Shown here: one piece after another, positions 52,100 through 64,000 of the stretch
How positions within the stretch are numbered: position 1 is the first letter of the stretch
Layout: every line of letters starts with the position of its first letter
Assembly: GCF_036321535.1 (NCBI RefSeq)
Contig: NC_087436.1
Span: forward strand, 105,650,001-105,714,000
Reading direction: 5' to 3'
Origin: Camelus dromedarius
Lineage: Eukaryota
Length of the DNA stretch: 64,000 nucleotides
Translations under genes and position numbers: made by a program
The notes under the pieces: model-generated
Told to the model about the DNA's origin: nothing
What the model saw: the letters and a program-made list of their open reading frames with translations, nothing else
Database searches by the model: none

Positions 52100-52390
52100 C
52101 CCATTCATCCATCCAACAAAATCTTTCTAAGTGTATCCCATATGCCTGGCACTGAGGATAAAGTGATGAACAGAAGAGGCGTGGCTCTGATCCCATGAAG
52201 CTCATAGGTGGGGAAGGTGGACAACAACAACAAACGCAGAAGTAAACAAACATGTCATCACAAGTTGAGAAAAGCGTTATGAACATGATGTACAGGGTGC
52301 TGTTATAGGGAACAGCTGAGGAGGGACAGTCAAGGAAGGTCTGTGCAAAGAGGTGACATTTAAAACAGACTTGAAGGATAAGAGGAAGGA
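52100..52390 (-). mobile_element. LINE-2 3' fragment
   Basis: cattcatccatccaacaaa...tatgcctggcactgagg...ggaaggtctgtgcaaagaggtgacatttaaacagacttgaagga. Confidence 0.7.
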
Positions 52391-53693
52391 GGTGTGGGGC
52401 GGAGTGAAGGCCCGCCCTCACAGAGCTGCCCCCAGACCACCTAATAGCCAGTCCTGCTGGCCCAGCAGCTTGCCTGCAAACCCTCAGCCCATGTGGGAGT
52501 GGAAACTCTTGTGAGTGATGCTCCCTGCACTGTTGGCTCGGAGACTAGGGCCCTCTGGTCCTAGAGGTGGCCCCCAGGAGGTCCTGGGGAGCCGAGATCT
52601 CAAAACCACGGCCACCAGTAGGCACAAGGTCCTGGGTTGCTGCCCAAACTCTCCCCAGTTCCTCACGGGAGGCATTGAATGAAGAGTTTGGGAGTGTGTC
52701 TGAGGAATCTGGTGGGGACAGACCACCCAATGAGCTTTAGTCAGTCTGTTTTCCAAAGCCCCAAAAAGAGCACCGCTGCTATTTACATTTCAATGTAAAT
52801 CAAGCTGCCTTCAACTAGCAAGGCTGTGTAAACTTGTGTTTAATGTCAGGTTTATATTAATATTTGCGTTAACAAGATTGATCGTTTACATAACAATGCA
52901 TACGTAAAGTCTGGGCTAGGCTTGGGTTTACACACATCTGCATAATGTTTACAGATTGATTGATTAGACAAACTGTGCATAAATCCAGGTAAACTGCCAG
53001 TTGTTTGTTTATTTTTTCTATTAGGGCTTGGAAGCCTATATCTTAATAAATGGGCTAAACTGAACCTGAGTCCTCTATTATAACCTTCACAGAAGATTTA
53101 ATAGTTCTGAAAAGTAATTTTCACTGAAAAAGAGTGAGATGAAATCATTGGGGCTATTTTTTCCCTTTAATCTCTAGCACTGAGTGGTAAGAAGGGGGAC
53201 ACGGGCTTTAAACTCCACTCTAACAGAGATAAAACCCGGCCGCAGGCAGGAAAATCTAGATTCAAGACTACTTCTGCCTTAGCCATTTCAGATAGTTTCT
53301 TAGAAGAGTTCAGGATCAGCAGGGCCCTTGACGAGTCATCTGAACCTCTGCTACCCTCTGGTCCTGAAAAGCCAGTGGAGGGTGCAATCTCCTTTCATGA
53401 CTTGAGCGCTTCCATCTGGCTAAAGAATGATCTGCATACTTAGCCCCCAAGCCCAAGCAGAGGGAAGCCTGGAAAGGGACAGGAGGAGAGAAGAAAGGCA
53501 CAATGCAGAAAGAAGTGAAAATGACCTAATTTTAAAATGTTTCTGTTTATTTATCGTGGGCCTCCTAGAGTTTTAGCTCATCACTTCCTCAGTTAGTGGC
53601 ATGGAATTGCATGGACCCAGGCAAGGTTCTGATCTCCACTCCCATTCATTCCACACCACAAAGGGCCCCACTCAAATGTGCCTCACAGATCTC

Positions 53694-54235
53694 TGGGGGA
53701 TAAAGACAGACTAACCAAATGAGAACAAGCCAAGGCTCGTTATTCCGAGTTTGCTATAGCAATTCTGCCACTGCCACTTGCATTTTGGCAGCGACTCCAA
53801 GGCAGCCAGAGGAGGGGGAAAGTTTTTAATAGAAAGAAGGCAAGGCTTCAGGTGTGCCCTGATGAGGGGCTGTTGGCTTGGGAAGCTGGAGGTGGGCTGA
53901 GTAGAAGCAAGGTGTCCTATGTGATTGGTTAGTGGCTCATATTTAGCCTCCTGGGATTTGTTTCCTCAGTTGGAAGTGAGGACAAAAATTAGAGAAGCCG
54001 TCAGTTAGTAATCAAGTCCTGGTCACTTGGAGTCAGGTGTTACAGAAGTGGCTGTTTGGCTTCCTGGCTTGTTTAGCAGTCTGACTTCCCACAAGCGTGA
54101 CTTACAGCAGGCTGTCTTCCTAGGCTGGTTACTGTAGGTAACTGCTGGTTTCCTGGACAGGTTGCTGCAGGTGGCAGGTCATAGGCATATTTTTAAGCAT
54201 GGTCTGGCCATTGTCTGATTCTATATTCACTCTCA
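53694..54235 (-). mobile_element. ERV1-class LTR (MER66/MER90-like group)
   Basis: aaggctcgttattccgagtttgctatagc...tgattggttag...catggtctggccattgtc...attcactctca (TGAGAG terminus on the minus strand). Confidence 0.6.
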
Positions 54236-54269
54236 AGATGCGGGTCCCTTATGAAATACATAATGTTGT

Positions 54270-55870
54270 TTCCTGTGTGTTTGCGGTTTTAATTTACTCA
54301 ACAATATTGTGCTAAAAATCTCTTTGTGTTCTTGCTTTTTTATTCACTCAATACTATAAGTCAAAGGTGTATCTGGATTGTTTAGGTAGATCCTACCCTG
54401 CACCTTACGGCTGTACACGTACGATGGAGTGCAACATTAGTATGCACTTTTACGTTTACATCAAGTTGCCTCCAGTATCCGCTACCACTCACAGCGCCAA
54501 GATCAAGATCTTCATACGTATTAACATGAGAGTGTGTCGGAGTTCCCTGTTCACATACTCAGGACAGGAAAGCTGGGTCGTAGGATATGAGCTCCTTAGT
54601 TTCAGGAGGTATTCCTGGATTGTTCTAAGAATGATTCTAAAAGCTTATATTTTATCAACAGTGCATGAGATTCTCATTTTCCCACATCCTTGTCAACACG
54701 TGGTAATAACAGGCTTTCTACTTATGGAAAGTGGGAGGGTGCAAAGTAGTATCTATTTCATTCATATTTTAATTTTTCATTTGTTACAAGTGATGTCAAG
54801 CATCTCACCAGATACTAATTATTGTACGCTCAAGATTTTTCCTTCTGTGTTTTTTTATCGTATCCTTTACCCATTTTCCACTGGTTTTCCTGCCTTTTCC
54901 ATTTTGATTTACAGAAGCTCCTCGTACGCCCTAGACATTAATCCCTGGTTGGTCTTGGAGGTTGCACAAGTTTCCTCCTGGTCTGTCACCTTTCTTACAG
55001 TCTGGTGAGCTTTGTTGAACAAAGCCACTGAATTTTAATGGAGATAAATTTATCAATTCTTTGTGTGTTTGGGGGCCACTCTTAGAAGTTCTTCCCTAGC
55101 CTTAAGAACACAAAAATAATCTCCTCCACTTATATCAGCTTTAGGGAGGGGTTTTAACCCAGAAGGCATTAAAGGGGTCAGTGAATTTTGAATAAATTAA
55201 GAATATTTTTACTTTTTATTACATTTGTTATAGATATCCCAAAATTTTGTTTGTGCTCATCACTATTTCAAAATTGTTTTAGTTATTAGATTTACTGCTA
55301 GATCTTGTCAAGTAATGCTTTAATAAAGAAGCATGGCGGGGACAGTGTAGCTCAGTAGAAGAGCACATGCTTAGCTGCACAAGGTCCTGTGTTCAAGTCT
55401 CAGTATCGCCATTAAAAAATTAATAAATAAATAAACCTAATTACCTCCCCCCCTAAAAAAAAAAAGGAAGCATGTATTTTACTTTACAATTTTCTAAATA
55501 TCTACATTTCTACATTTGCAATCCTATTGGTAGTAGGTATTCTACTTGGTAATCCTATTTCATTGTATGCCTTTAAAAACATTATTCTGAGAAGCAGTCT
55601 GTAGATTTCCCCAGATTACTTAAAGGATCTATGTTAAGAACCCACTTTATAACTTTACCTTTTACATTTAGGTCTTAATCTGCAATTCATCTTTGTGTAT
55701 AATGTGAATCAGATTCCTGTCTCATGCCATATGCCAACACCATATATAGAGCAATCTTTCTCTTCCCCATTGATTTTTGGTGGCATCTTTATTATGATAA
55801 GGTTTCCATACCTGCCTTAGTCTGTCCCTGAGTTTCTCTTCTGTTCTATCAATCTTTGCCTGGTCCAGGC
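54270..55870 (-). mobile_element. Ancient L1 fragments with a nested hAT-Charlie-like fossil (~55150-55650)
   Basis: tcccacatccttgtcaacac and cccattttccactggtttt (L1 minus); gggttttaaccc...gttaagaacccact (Charlie-like ends). Confidence 0.6.
55336..55466 (+). mobile_element. Full-length camelid tRNA-derived SINE (Vic-1-like)
   Basis: A-box region gtgtagctcagtagaagagc, B-box region gttcaagtc and tail aataaataaataaacctaattacctccccccctaaaaaaa. TSD gaagcatg (55328-55335, 55467-55474). Confidence 0.88.
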
Positions 55871-56094
55871 TAAGATGCTAAAATAGAATGATGGAGGTAC
55901 ACCCATGAAGTCTACATTTGGAGGTTTATTTGATTTTGACTGTTTTATTATTATACATTAATTTCATCTAGGCTTGTTTTTTAACAACATAAATTAAAGG
56001 AAGACATTTTTTAAATATTGTTTTAAAGTGCATGGTTTAGAATTATTGGGTTTTCAATGAAAAAGCCTGAGCTCCTTCACATTCTAATACTGGG

Positions 56095-56290
56095 AATTAG
56101 CCAAAAATGTAAAGAGTCAGTAAATATTTTAGGTTTTGCAAGTCTAAACTACTCAACTTTACCCTTGTACCATGAAAGCAGCCATAGACAACATGGAAGC
56201 AAAGAGCAGGGCTGTGTTCCAATAAAACTTTATTTACAAAAGCAGGCTGGCTAGATTTGGCCCACAAGCTATAGTTTACCAACCCTTATT
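56095..56290 (+). mobile_element. MER58A (hAT-Charlie) MITE
   Basis: agtaaatattttaggttttgc...aaagcagccatagacaa...ggctgtgttccaataaaactttatttacaaaa...tagtttaccaaccc. Confidence 0.85.
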
Positions 56291-56399
56291 CTATAATACT
56301 TGTGTTTCCTTCCCTAAAGGAGGTAGCAATGATCTTTATTGAGAAAATCATCAAAGAAATTACCGTCTTTGATAAGGGACCCAGATCTGTGGAGCTGGA

Positions 56400-56800
56400 C
56401 AGCAGATGTGCTCATTTGCTATCCCAGAGGTTTTATAATAAATGATACAATTAAAAAGTGTATAATAGCAGATAACCCAAACAGCCAGTGGTAAGAAAAT
56501 CATTAGGAAAATTATGGTAAATCCAAGTAATAGAATATGATATATCCATTAAAAAATGTTTAGCGAAATCTTCAATGACACATGTAAATGTTTATGATAT
56601 AATGCTAACTTGAAAATGAGGGATAAAGATAATATATACGATATAAGCTAGACTCTAAAATGCATAGAGGAAAATCTAAGAGGGAAAATGTTAGTCGCCT
56701 CTCTGTGCATGAAATTATGGGTGGACTTTTATTTTCTTCTGAATACTTGTCTGTATTTTCTATAATTTCTATAGTGGAGCTGTATTATTTTTAACAGAAA
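56400..56800 (+). mobile_element. Ancient L1 3'UTR fragment
   Basis: aaattatggtaaatcc...atagaatatgatatatccattaaaaa...gattatgggtggacttttattttcttct. Confidence 0.6.
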
Positions 56801-57689
56801 AAATATTTTATTTAATTTTAAGACTGGCAACCACAAAACAATCTGGATAAGTTTTCTCAACTTCAAGGAGCACTGAACAGATGGACAATAGAAAATCTTT
56901 TTTTTTTTTTTGATAGAATCCCAATAATTCACAATGTGTAACAATTCCAACCAAAGACAATTGTAACTTTAACCTTTGTGTTGAAAAAACAAGTAATTAA
57001 TAATGAACAAACATTTCAGAAAATATTGAATTTATTAACTTTGATGACTCTTATCAGAGCCACATATGGTATGTTCAGAGTTTCCTAGAGATTATCTCAG
57101 TTAATCTTTCCAATAGCCATTGAAGATTGGTGCTACTGTCATCTATCTTTCCCATCACCATCATCATCACTGTCCTTATTTCCATTTTATACATGAGGAA
57201 ACTGAGGCTTATCTCCTTCAAGAACTTTGTCCAAGCTCTGTGCTTCTAGAAAGAAATGGAGGTCAGATGCAAATCCAGAGACATCTATGCCCAGTCAAGC
57301 ACTGGAGAAGTCAAACTCTTTCCCAGAACTTTAAAAATAACTATTAGAAGCTCGGTGTTTCCGTCACGTGAGGGGCTAGCTTCAAGTAATTATTAATTAT
57401 TCACGGAGGCAGTTCCCAATAGAATCTCTATTTACCAAAACTCAGTTTAGTCCTCTTTGTTATCTGATCTCAGAAGAGGCTTCATTTCTTCAGAAATACT
57501 CTCGGTCAGGCCATTCAGGCAAGAAACCCTCCTCTTCCTCCCAGCTCTGCCCTTTGTGACCCTTCTGATTCTGAATTATGTACAGAGCTTGTTTTCCCAT
57601 GTTGCACTGCAGCTGTTGCAATGGCAGAGCTTTGACTTTGAAGGGCTTGCTGGGGAGGTGCCTGCTTGTCCTTAAGCATCATGCTCCCC

Positions 57690-58290
57690 CTCACTTATAC
57701 TTCGGCCACACTGATTTCTCTGGGGTTGCTTTGACATGCCCAGCTTGCTCCCACATCAGAGTACTTGTGTTTGCTCTTCCCTCGGCCTGTAATAGCTCTT
57801 CCCCAAATCTTCCAATGGCTGGCTCCCCTCCATTCAGGTCTCAGCTCTAATGGTCCCACCGGAGGAACCTCTGTGTTATCCGCATCTATTCTATCTCCCT
57901 CAACCCTCTGGCCCATCATGTGCGATTTCACTCCTCTGGTTTGATTACGTTCTTTCTTCATAGAACTTCACACTGTCTATAACTAGATCATCAATTTTCA
58001 GATGATTATTGTTTGTGTCCCCCATTACAGTATCAGTTCTAGGTGGACAAAAACCTTGTGTGGCTTGTTCTTTGATGCGTTCCCTGCTCCTGGTACCTAG
58101 GAAGTCTTCAGGAAAAGTTGGTTGAATATATTATCCCACTTAATCTTCTCAACAAACCATAAGGCAGTTCCTGCACTACAGCTGAGGGAACTCAGGCTCA
58201 GAGAGGTTAAGATAATTTGCCCAAGCCACACAGCTAAAAACTAGGGTAGCATACAATGAAGACTTGAATCCAGCTTTGTCTGTTTCCCAT
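57690..58290. mobile_element. L2 fragment followed by a MIR
   Basis: tttgctcttccctcggcctgtaatagctcttcccc...ccattcaggtctcagctc (L2); ttaatcttctcaacaaaccataagg...gaggttaagataatttgcccaag (MIR). Confidence 0.7.
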
Positions 58291-58315
58291 TGTTTTAATT
58301 GCCTCCTATTCAGCC

Positions 58316-58792
58316 TGTTAGTGAGGAGGATTCTCTCCCTAGGCCTATATGAATGCTAAATGCATGATACCTGACACTGGGCAGGTGAACCCAAAAGCAA
58401 TCCCTTGGTCACATTCACTCACAGCCCTAGGGAGGACACTGGGCCCTGCAGAGCCACAGAGGGTTGCACTAGGAAGCAGAGTGAACCACAGGGGGCTGTG
58501 GGCAGCAGGCTTTGTAGTATCAAAAGGGTGAGGTGACCCCTGGTTCCAGAGGGAGGATACAAAACGCTTGTTTGAATCATTCTTCAGACCAGCAAGGAAT
58601 TGAAACCTGCTACTCAGGGATAAGGAAGAACTACACTCAGTCTGTTTAATAAGGTGTATTGTTTGGCTGGGGGCTCTGATCTGCAGAAGCAGTGGGGAAA
58701 CCACACTGGGTTTGGCCATTTGAAGACTTTCTGATTTTACCAAATGTCAAGGCAGCCCATAAGATGGGAACTTAATTTTAGGCATTACACCA
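58316..58792 (-). mobile_element. ERVL-class LTR (MER21/MER77-like group)
   Basis: tgttagtgaggaggattctc...tttattc-like acattcactcacagcc...ggcagcaggctttgtagtatcaaaagggtgaggtgacccctggttcc...aggcattacac. Confidence 0.5.
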
Positions 58793-60190
58793 ACTCATGT
58801 TAAAAACTGTGTTAATGATAAAAGAGAAAACAAGAGGGTTGGCAGCGAGGAGATGGAGTAGAAGTTGCCACTGAATAAGGCAGCCCAGAATTAAAGAGGG
58901 GCAACCAGCACCTCCCGAGGGAAGTGCACCATTCTTTCCAAAATGCTTTGCAGTCTTCAGAAGATTCTTTCTTATTTCAAGTGTATTGAAGAATTGGCAA
59001 GGCTGGTCTTTCTGGGAAGAATGTCAAGGGCATTATTTTAGGGCATTTGAGCTCGTGAAGATGATGGACATTGGCAGACTCCCATCCTGGAGGCCATTCA
59101 ACACCTACCATAACTCCAGTAGGTCTTGGTAGTGCGATTTTAAACACCCATAAAAATCAAGCTCTATTGATGGAGGAAACATAATATCTCTTTGGAAGTG
59201 GGCCCTGTTTTGTGCAAAGAAAGTATACACAATGTTCCAACGGTAAATAACTGACCCAGGAGTCCTCTGGGGCTATCTCAGCCTCAAACATTAACGTCTG
59301 AAGAATTCATTAAAAACAGCATGATTGGCATCTAAGTTACTCAGTTTTGCCCGCATTTCAGAAGCTCCATTGGGTCAGAGATCAAATTTATTTTCACTGT
59401 GTGGGATGAAGAGATGTTTGCGGTCCTTTTTCAGCCTACCGTGTACATGTGTGTGTTGTTGTTTGTTGTTGTTTTTTATCTTCAGCTCATTGAGATTGAA
59501 TTCTTTTCTGAACTTTTATGTCCCCACACAGGAAAGAGGGGGTGAGTATCGAGGCTGACAGTCCCCTGACTTGCTGGGGGACGTGCAGACTTCCACACAG
59601 CACTTGAAGAGGTATTCCCTATATGCTCTTTCCCTCTGCCTAGCGTATGTGCGCACGCACATACACACAAACATACACACGCATATGCAAACAGGCACAC
59701 ACACACAGAGCTGTATACTAATGCCCCAGGCAGCCTGGGCCCAGCTTACCTTTTGCCACTTGTCACCTTCCTCTGTCACTCCTGCCAGGAAGAACTGGGG
59801 CCGGCATCACTGTGTCTTCACCTCCTGGCAGCCCTTCTGTTTGAAACACTGTTCCCTGCCTCCCTCCTTCACCTCCCATCCCTGCCCTCTCACACTGGCG
59901 GACCCAGAGCCATCCTTCAGACCTCGCTTCCTCAGAGAAGCATCTGCTTTAATCAGAACCCTGTATTTCTTGTTCTGTCATCCCCTGTGTTCAGGGCTGC
60001 CCTGGAGTTCAGCAGCAGCCTCTTCAGTCAGTGTGTGACCTCATCAGACGGGCCGAGGGCAGGACAGCAGCACCAGCTAGGAGGGTCGGACCAGTCCATT
60101 TCTCTTCCTGAATTGTTCTCCCCTGCAGCCCTGTTTCCTCCATATCGGTTCAGATCACCATCAGCATCCCACGAACTACAACAGCAGCCT

Positions 60191-60383
60191 CCTTTTAATT
60201 GAAGTATAGTCAATTCACAATGTGTTAATTTCTGGTGTACAGCATAGGGATTCAGTTGTACGTATATACATACTCCTTTCATATTCTTTTTCATTATAGG
60301 CTATTACAAGGTATTGAATATAGTTCCCTGTGCTCTTTAGTAGGCCCTTATTGTTTATCTACTTTATATGTAGTCGTTAGTAT
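60191..60383 (-). mobile_element. Short 5'-truncated young LINE-1 3' end
   Basis: ttttaattgaagtatagtcaattcacaatgtg...tatagttccctgtgct. TSD tac(a/a)(a/g)cagcagcct at 60177-60190 and 60384-60397 (1 mismatch). Confidence 0.88.
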
Positions 60384-61758
60384 TACAGCAGCAGCCTTTC
60401 AACTAGCCTGCCTCACGTTCCACCCCTGCCCAACCTGATCAGGTGACCCGGCACCCTCCTTACCCTCGGGCTTCTTTCCTGGGCTCCACACGTTGTAGGG
60501 TCCAGCTCTGGCTCTCCTCAGCTGCGCCCTTCCCCATAGACAAAGGGTCTGCAGGCCAAGGGGATGTTCTCTCCGAAGGCTGTGAACCCCTATCCCCTAC
60601 TCCCCACACACATAATTCTAGACTGTGATCCAGACACCCAGGGCCCTGCATTCCCGATTCTCCAGCCCTGAGCCCATTCCGGGCCTGCACTGGACCTCTC
60701 CCTGCATCCATTCGCCTGAAGGCAGAGCTGTGTTCAGTGTACACACCACCAGGCCTGAGGTGTTTGCCTGAGAGTGAGCTGTGGACGGAGCCAAGTGGGG
60801 CAGATACTGGGGTCAGAAGGGATGAGGACCAGGCAGAGGCTGGGAGCCCTGCAGCTAGGAAGGTCAGGCCTGAGGGCACCCCCTGCTCTGAACTGTCGAG
60901 GACTCCTTTCTGCCATCAGGAAGCCCTCCACACTCCTCAGACTGCAACATAAGGCCCAGAAGTGGCTTTCCTTTCCGTACGTCTCCAGCTTCTGCACTTC
61001 TATCGGCTTCCCTCTCAAATTGGCATTCCAGAACTACTAAATGATTTGCATACCCTTAGCAGATATAATTTACCTTATTCTAGCATCATTTCTTTACTTT
61101 GTGACCCCCGTCCTCCCCTCTGCTCCTTGAGGGCTGGCGCCAGGACCCCGTCATGCACTGGTGTCTCCCCAGCACTCAGGACTGGGCTCGGCACACAGCA
61201 GGCTCTTGAGATCGTGGGGGAGGGAGGGAAGCAGGGAGTGGCCAGAGAGCTGGGTTTTCTGCCCATGGGATGGATGGCACTGAACCTCTGAGCAGCCCCA
61301 CCCACACTGCAGCACTCCGATAAGCTTCTGAGAGTGCTACCCTGGCTAGGTTGCGGCTGGGAATGGGAAAAGGGAATCTTGGGGGATAAAGACATATAAT
61401 AAGTAACAAGCCCTTGTAAGACGTTCCTCTGCAATCGGAAGCTCCAGACCCCATGCTGGCTCCACCGTGAGCTTGCTGGGTGGACTATAACTCGGCAGGG
61501 GTGGGGGGCTGCCCTGGGGTCTACGCTATGAATTTCCTTCAGCCCTAATGTACAGACACTGCTGTGTACACGGTGAGTTCTGTATAAGGAACACAGAGAA
61601 ATGGTTTAGGTTAATTAAACACACACACAAAACACATTTTCAGGGTTTTTTCCATTGACTGCCACTGTTCTTTTTCACTTAGAGAAGGCGTGTTCCCAGC
61701 ATGGCTCAGTAGACATGTACATTATTTTAGTCCTGGTTCCACCACTTACAGTCTGTGT

Positions 61759-62001
61759 CAAAGGTCAGCTAACTTTTTCTGTTAAAAAAAAGGAAAAGAT
61801 AGGAATATTTCAGGCTTTGCAAACCTGAACTTCTCAACTCTGCCTTTGTGGCACAAAAGCAACCACAGACAATGTATATAGTTGGACACGGTTGTGTTCC
61901 AATAAATAATAAATGGACATGGTCATGTTGTAATAAAACTTTATTTACAAAAATGGACAATGAACTGATTTGGTCCATTGGCCATAATTTGCCAACCCCT
62001 G
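61759..62001 (+). mobile_element. MER58A MITE with an internal ~30-bp duplication
   Basis: ggtcagctaactttttctgttaa...ggacacggttgtgttccaataaa / ggacatggtcatgttgtaataaaactttatttacaaaa...tttgccaacccctg. Confidence 0.8.
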
Positions 62002-62199
62002 ATCCTCAGTGACCTCAAGTATTTCAAACCTTATCTGAAAAAAAATTGGGGGATATAATATCTACTTTTTAGCAGTTGAAGCAATTTTATATGAAATTGC
62101 CTGGAATTCTTTAATGAACTCAAATCACTAGCAAAAGATACACTAGTAGTAGTAACAGTAATGTAAATATGCTGTGGTTAGTCCTACCAATACATCGCG

Positions 62200-62400
62200 T
62201 TTATTTCACACCCATTATTGTACTCAATCCTCACCAAAGAGGTCACAAAAAAAAAAAAGAGAGAGAGAGAGAGAGAGAAAGCATTGCTCACCAATTTACT
62301 GATAAGGAAACTGAGGCTAAGAAACTGGCTCAAAAGTTACACAGGGAGTTGGAGGCAGGGCTGAATTCTTACTAATAGCAGTTTCCAGATCCAAAACAGT
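62200..62400 (-). mobile_element. MIR with embedded A/(GA)n tract
   Basis: aatcctcacc...ccaatttactgataaggaaactgaggct. Confidence 0.65.
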
Positions 62401-64000
62401 GGCCTCAAATAAAAAGAAATGGAAATGTGTGAGGGGTGAAAATAACAGATGACTAGATGCATAAGTGAACAGACAGGAGCTGGCTGTGTTTAGACAGGAG
62501 GGCAGGACCAAGTGATGTTCCCTGGCGATCGAGTGATTGCCTTTTCTTGTCGTGGCATCTGGGGCTAGTAGCTCTTTTCTGAATGAGAGAGGCTTTTCCT
62601 GGACGGGGTCCCAGAGTTAAATCTTAAACAAGGCAAGTTACCCACACTGGGTTCTGCCAGCAGTGGACGGCTGGCCTTCTCTGCAAGGGATATCTTGAGT
62701 CACAAGGCAGCCCTGCAGAACTTTCTGGGCCTGCCTCAGCCCCAAGGGGAGGCTGGAGCAGCCGGTGGCACTTGAACACCGAGTCCCCTGCCTGGAGGAG
62801 GCCAGATTTAGCAATCTGTCACACACAGCCCGCCTCATTGTGACACCGGGCTCGGAGAGGCAGGCAGCGCGGGCAGGCAGAAAAGCATCTGTCGGCAAGC
62901 CACGCAGACAGGGATTAGAGAGAACGGGGGAGGATAATGATGGCATTTGCTTTCCTATAAAATGCGTGTCAGGAGGGAAGGATTAAGCTAATTGAAGAAA
63001 TCTCCAGCACTTACGTCAAAGGTGGCTGCAAAGCGATTGCTTTATCTTGCATCTCACCTGCTTCTGAGAGCCTGGCTCGAGGAGGCCTACCCACTTCTCC
63101 ACTTTGTCCCCAGCAACTCTTTTCAGAAATAGTTCGAGTTGGCGTTAGCCATTCTGCAGAGGAGATAGGAGCTAAAAATAAGCTCCTGAGAAGGAGGATC
63201 CCTGTCTTTTTTTTTTTTTTTTTTCCCAACCTCCAAAGCTCACAAAAAGTTTCCCAGAGAAAGATGGAGAGCTGATTGTCCCGAGGTTTTACATATTTAC
63301 GGCCATATGACAGGTGAAATAAATGGCACCGAGGGTGCACATACCACACAGGGACAGGTGGCAGCCATCTCAAATGCTATCTCTTTTTTATCTCTCTGGA
63401 ACATCAGCTTATGCTCCTGGGGGCCGGATTGCGTGCAAAGAGAAAGCACAGACTTCAGAATCGTTTATCACTGCTCTCCTCTCCTGCATCACCTCGAGTC
63501 CCAAACATCTCCAAACACAGAACCCAACTGAAAGGCAGAGGATTTTGTCTTCCATCATAAGAATGGATCTTGGTTTTGGAGTTGCCCGGTGACAGGTTGT
63601 GGCGTCCCCTCTGTAATGAATTTGCAAATGCACTAAATAGTAAGGTTTCCTCCTTCTTCAAGTTCAAGGTGTTATACTATGTCTACTCAAATAATACTTG
63701 ACAAGTGGACTGCTATTGCCCAATGAATAAAGCATCACACCTGAAAAATATAGCCAGCTGCCTAATTTTTGCCATGATTCATTCTTCGACTGCCTTAGAA
63801 AATGAATTGCCTGATTAATCCAGAAATATTTGTGTGAGTGCCTGGGACTGGAAAGCTGGCTCCATTCTCTGTCACTTTCTAGCTTTCTGACCTTGGGTGA
63901 ATTATTTCAACTTACTTTGTTCTCTTCATTGGTAAGGAGTGGGGGGGGGGTGAGATGCTGACCACGTGGAGTCGTTATGAAGGCTACAAGAGATGGTTCA

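Noticed and set aside
54367..55008. 213-aa plus-strand ORF
   Set aside because: Lies antisense within a decayed L1; no domain similarity recognised.
55336..55410. tRNA-like sequence
   Set aside because: It is the head of a tRNA-derived SINE (AT-rich tail, poly(A), TSD) with degenerate stems, not a tRNA gene.

Overview
Mammalian genomic DNA, very likely camelid, judged from two copies of a tRNA-derived SINE resembling Vic-1 at about 45.8 kb and 55.3 kb. The only protein-coding gene I can support is SOD3 (extracellular Cu/Zn superoxide dismutase) on the minus strand. Its CDS lies in one exon (2037-2768) within a CpG island. It has a splice acceptor at 2785-2786, an upstream non-coding exon ending at 6402, a GC-rich promoter at about 6.5-6.75 kb and an ATTAAA poly(A) signal at 1252-1257. 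The remaining ~57 kb is upstream intergenic sequence. It is dominated by old and young LINE-1, MaLR/ERV LTRs, MIR, L2 and MER DNA-transposon fossils, with a ~610-bp polypurine microsatellite. I found no convincing novel multi-gene system. The best leads are: unusual SOD3 residues (an extra Cys, an extra N-glycosylation sequon, HKKRRR in place of RKKRRR); a periodic C-rich repeat in the 3'UTR; a possible overlapping uORF; an unexplained diverged ~250-bp duplication flanking tandem AP-1/ARE-like sites; a forkhead-motif cluster; a non-repeat insert inside an MLT2 LTR; and well-preserved retrotransposition events (a twin-primed L1 and nested insertions with TSDs). Repeat subfamily names come from recalled consensus sequences, and boundaries are approximate unless a TSD is given.
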